DNA of 32,000 nucleotides from NCBI RefSeq assembly GCF_000801205.1, contig NZ_CP009685.1, one strand, 5' to 3'. This DNA comes from Escherichia coli str. K-12 substr. MG1655 (GTDB lineage Bacteria > Pseudomonadota > Gammaproteobacteria > Enterobacterales > Enterobacteriaceae). This document shows positions 31,375-32,000 of this stretch, in pieces. Within the stretch, counting starts at the first letter, position 1, and each line of letters starts with the position of its first letter. The notes under the pieces are model-generated. The model saw nothing but the letters and a program-made list of their open reading frames with translations. It had not been told where the DNA came from and did no database searches. Both the position numbers and the translations under genes were made by a program.

Positions 31375-32000
31375 ATGTCTGACCATAATCCACTGACATT
31401 AAAACTGAATCTGCGGGAAAAAATCGCCTATGGTATGGGCGACGTCGGTTCGAATTTAATGCTCTGCATCGGTACTCTGTATCTCCTCAAATTTTATACC
31501 GATGAATTAGGGATGCCTGCTTACTATGGCGGGATTATCTTTCTGGTGGCGAAGTTTTTTACCGCGTTTACCGATATGCTCACCGGATTTTTACTCGACT
31601 CGCGGAAAAATATTGGGCCTAAAGGCAAATTTCGTCCCTTTATTTTATATGCAGCGGTTCCGGCGGCGTTAATTGCAACGCTCCAGTTTATCGCCACCAC
31701 CTTTTGTTTGCCGGTTAAAACGACGATTGCCACCGCGCTGTTTATGATGTTTGGACTTTCATACAGTCTGATGAACTGCTCGTATGGTGCGATGATCCCG
31801 GCAATTACCAAAAACCCGAATGAGCGCGCGCAGCTCGCGGCTTACCGCCAGGGTGGTGCAACCATAGGGCTATTGATTTGTACCGTGGCGTTTATTCCGT
31901 TGCAGTCGCTTTTTTCTGACTCAACCGTCGGTTATGCCTGTGCGGCACTTATGTTCTCCATTGGCGGCTTTATTTTTATGATGCTGTGCTACAGAGGCGT
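31375..32000 (+). CDS. yihO: GPH-family (MFS) transporter, putative sulfoquinovose importer; 3'-truncated by window end
   Basis: Open frame MSDHNPLTLKLNLREKIAYGMGDVGSNLMLCIGTLYLLKFYTDELGMPAYYGG...; RBS AAGGAG; strongly similar to YihP. Confidence 0.94.
   Translation, partial: MSDHNPLTLKLNLREKIAYGMGDVGSNLMLCIGTLYLLKFYTDELGMPAYYGGIIFLVAKFFTAFTDMLTGFLLDSRKNIGPKGKFRPFILYAAVPAALIATLQFIATTFCLPVKTTIATALFMMFGLSYSLMNCSYGAMIPAITKNPNERAQLAAYRQGGATIGLLICTVAFIPLQSLFSDSTVGYACAALMFSIGGFIFMMLCYRG

Overview
This 32 kb window is Escherichia-type chromosomal backbone. Assignments come from recognising the encoded proteins; no database search was run. Left to right: rhamnose catabolism (3' part of rhaB, rhaA, rhaD, rhaM); the cryptic frv PTS operon (frvA, frvB, frvX, frvR); lipoprotein gene yiiG (-); fdhD (-) divergent from formate dehydrogenase-O (fdoG with an in-frame selenocysteine TGA, fdoH, fdoI, fdhE); two small ribbon-helix-helix genes yiiF and yiiE (-); an AT-rich gene-poor gap; the overlapping minus-strand run yihX-yihY-dtd-yiiD(fabY); and the sulfoquinovose (sulfo-EMP) region csqR(yihW), yihV (-) | yihU, yihT, yihS, yihR, yihQ, yihP, yihO (+, yihO truncated by the window end). 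I found no convincing wholly new multi-gene system. The best second-look items are: (i) an exact 92-bp-period REP/BIME array between rhaA and rhaD with a hidden 184-bp higher-order period; (ii) a repeated AAAAAGTGAC box upstream of csqR and in the yihV/yihU divergent region; (iii) yiiE/yiiF as duplicated orphan RHH genes sharing an upstream box; (iv) an inverted repeat and helically phased direct repeats upstream of the uncharacterised frv operon; (v) several hairpins and two tiny ORFs in intergenic regions.
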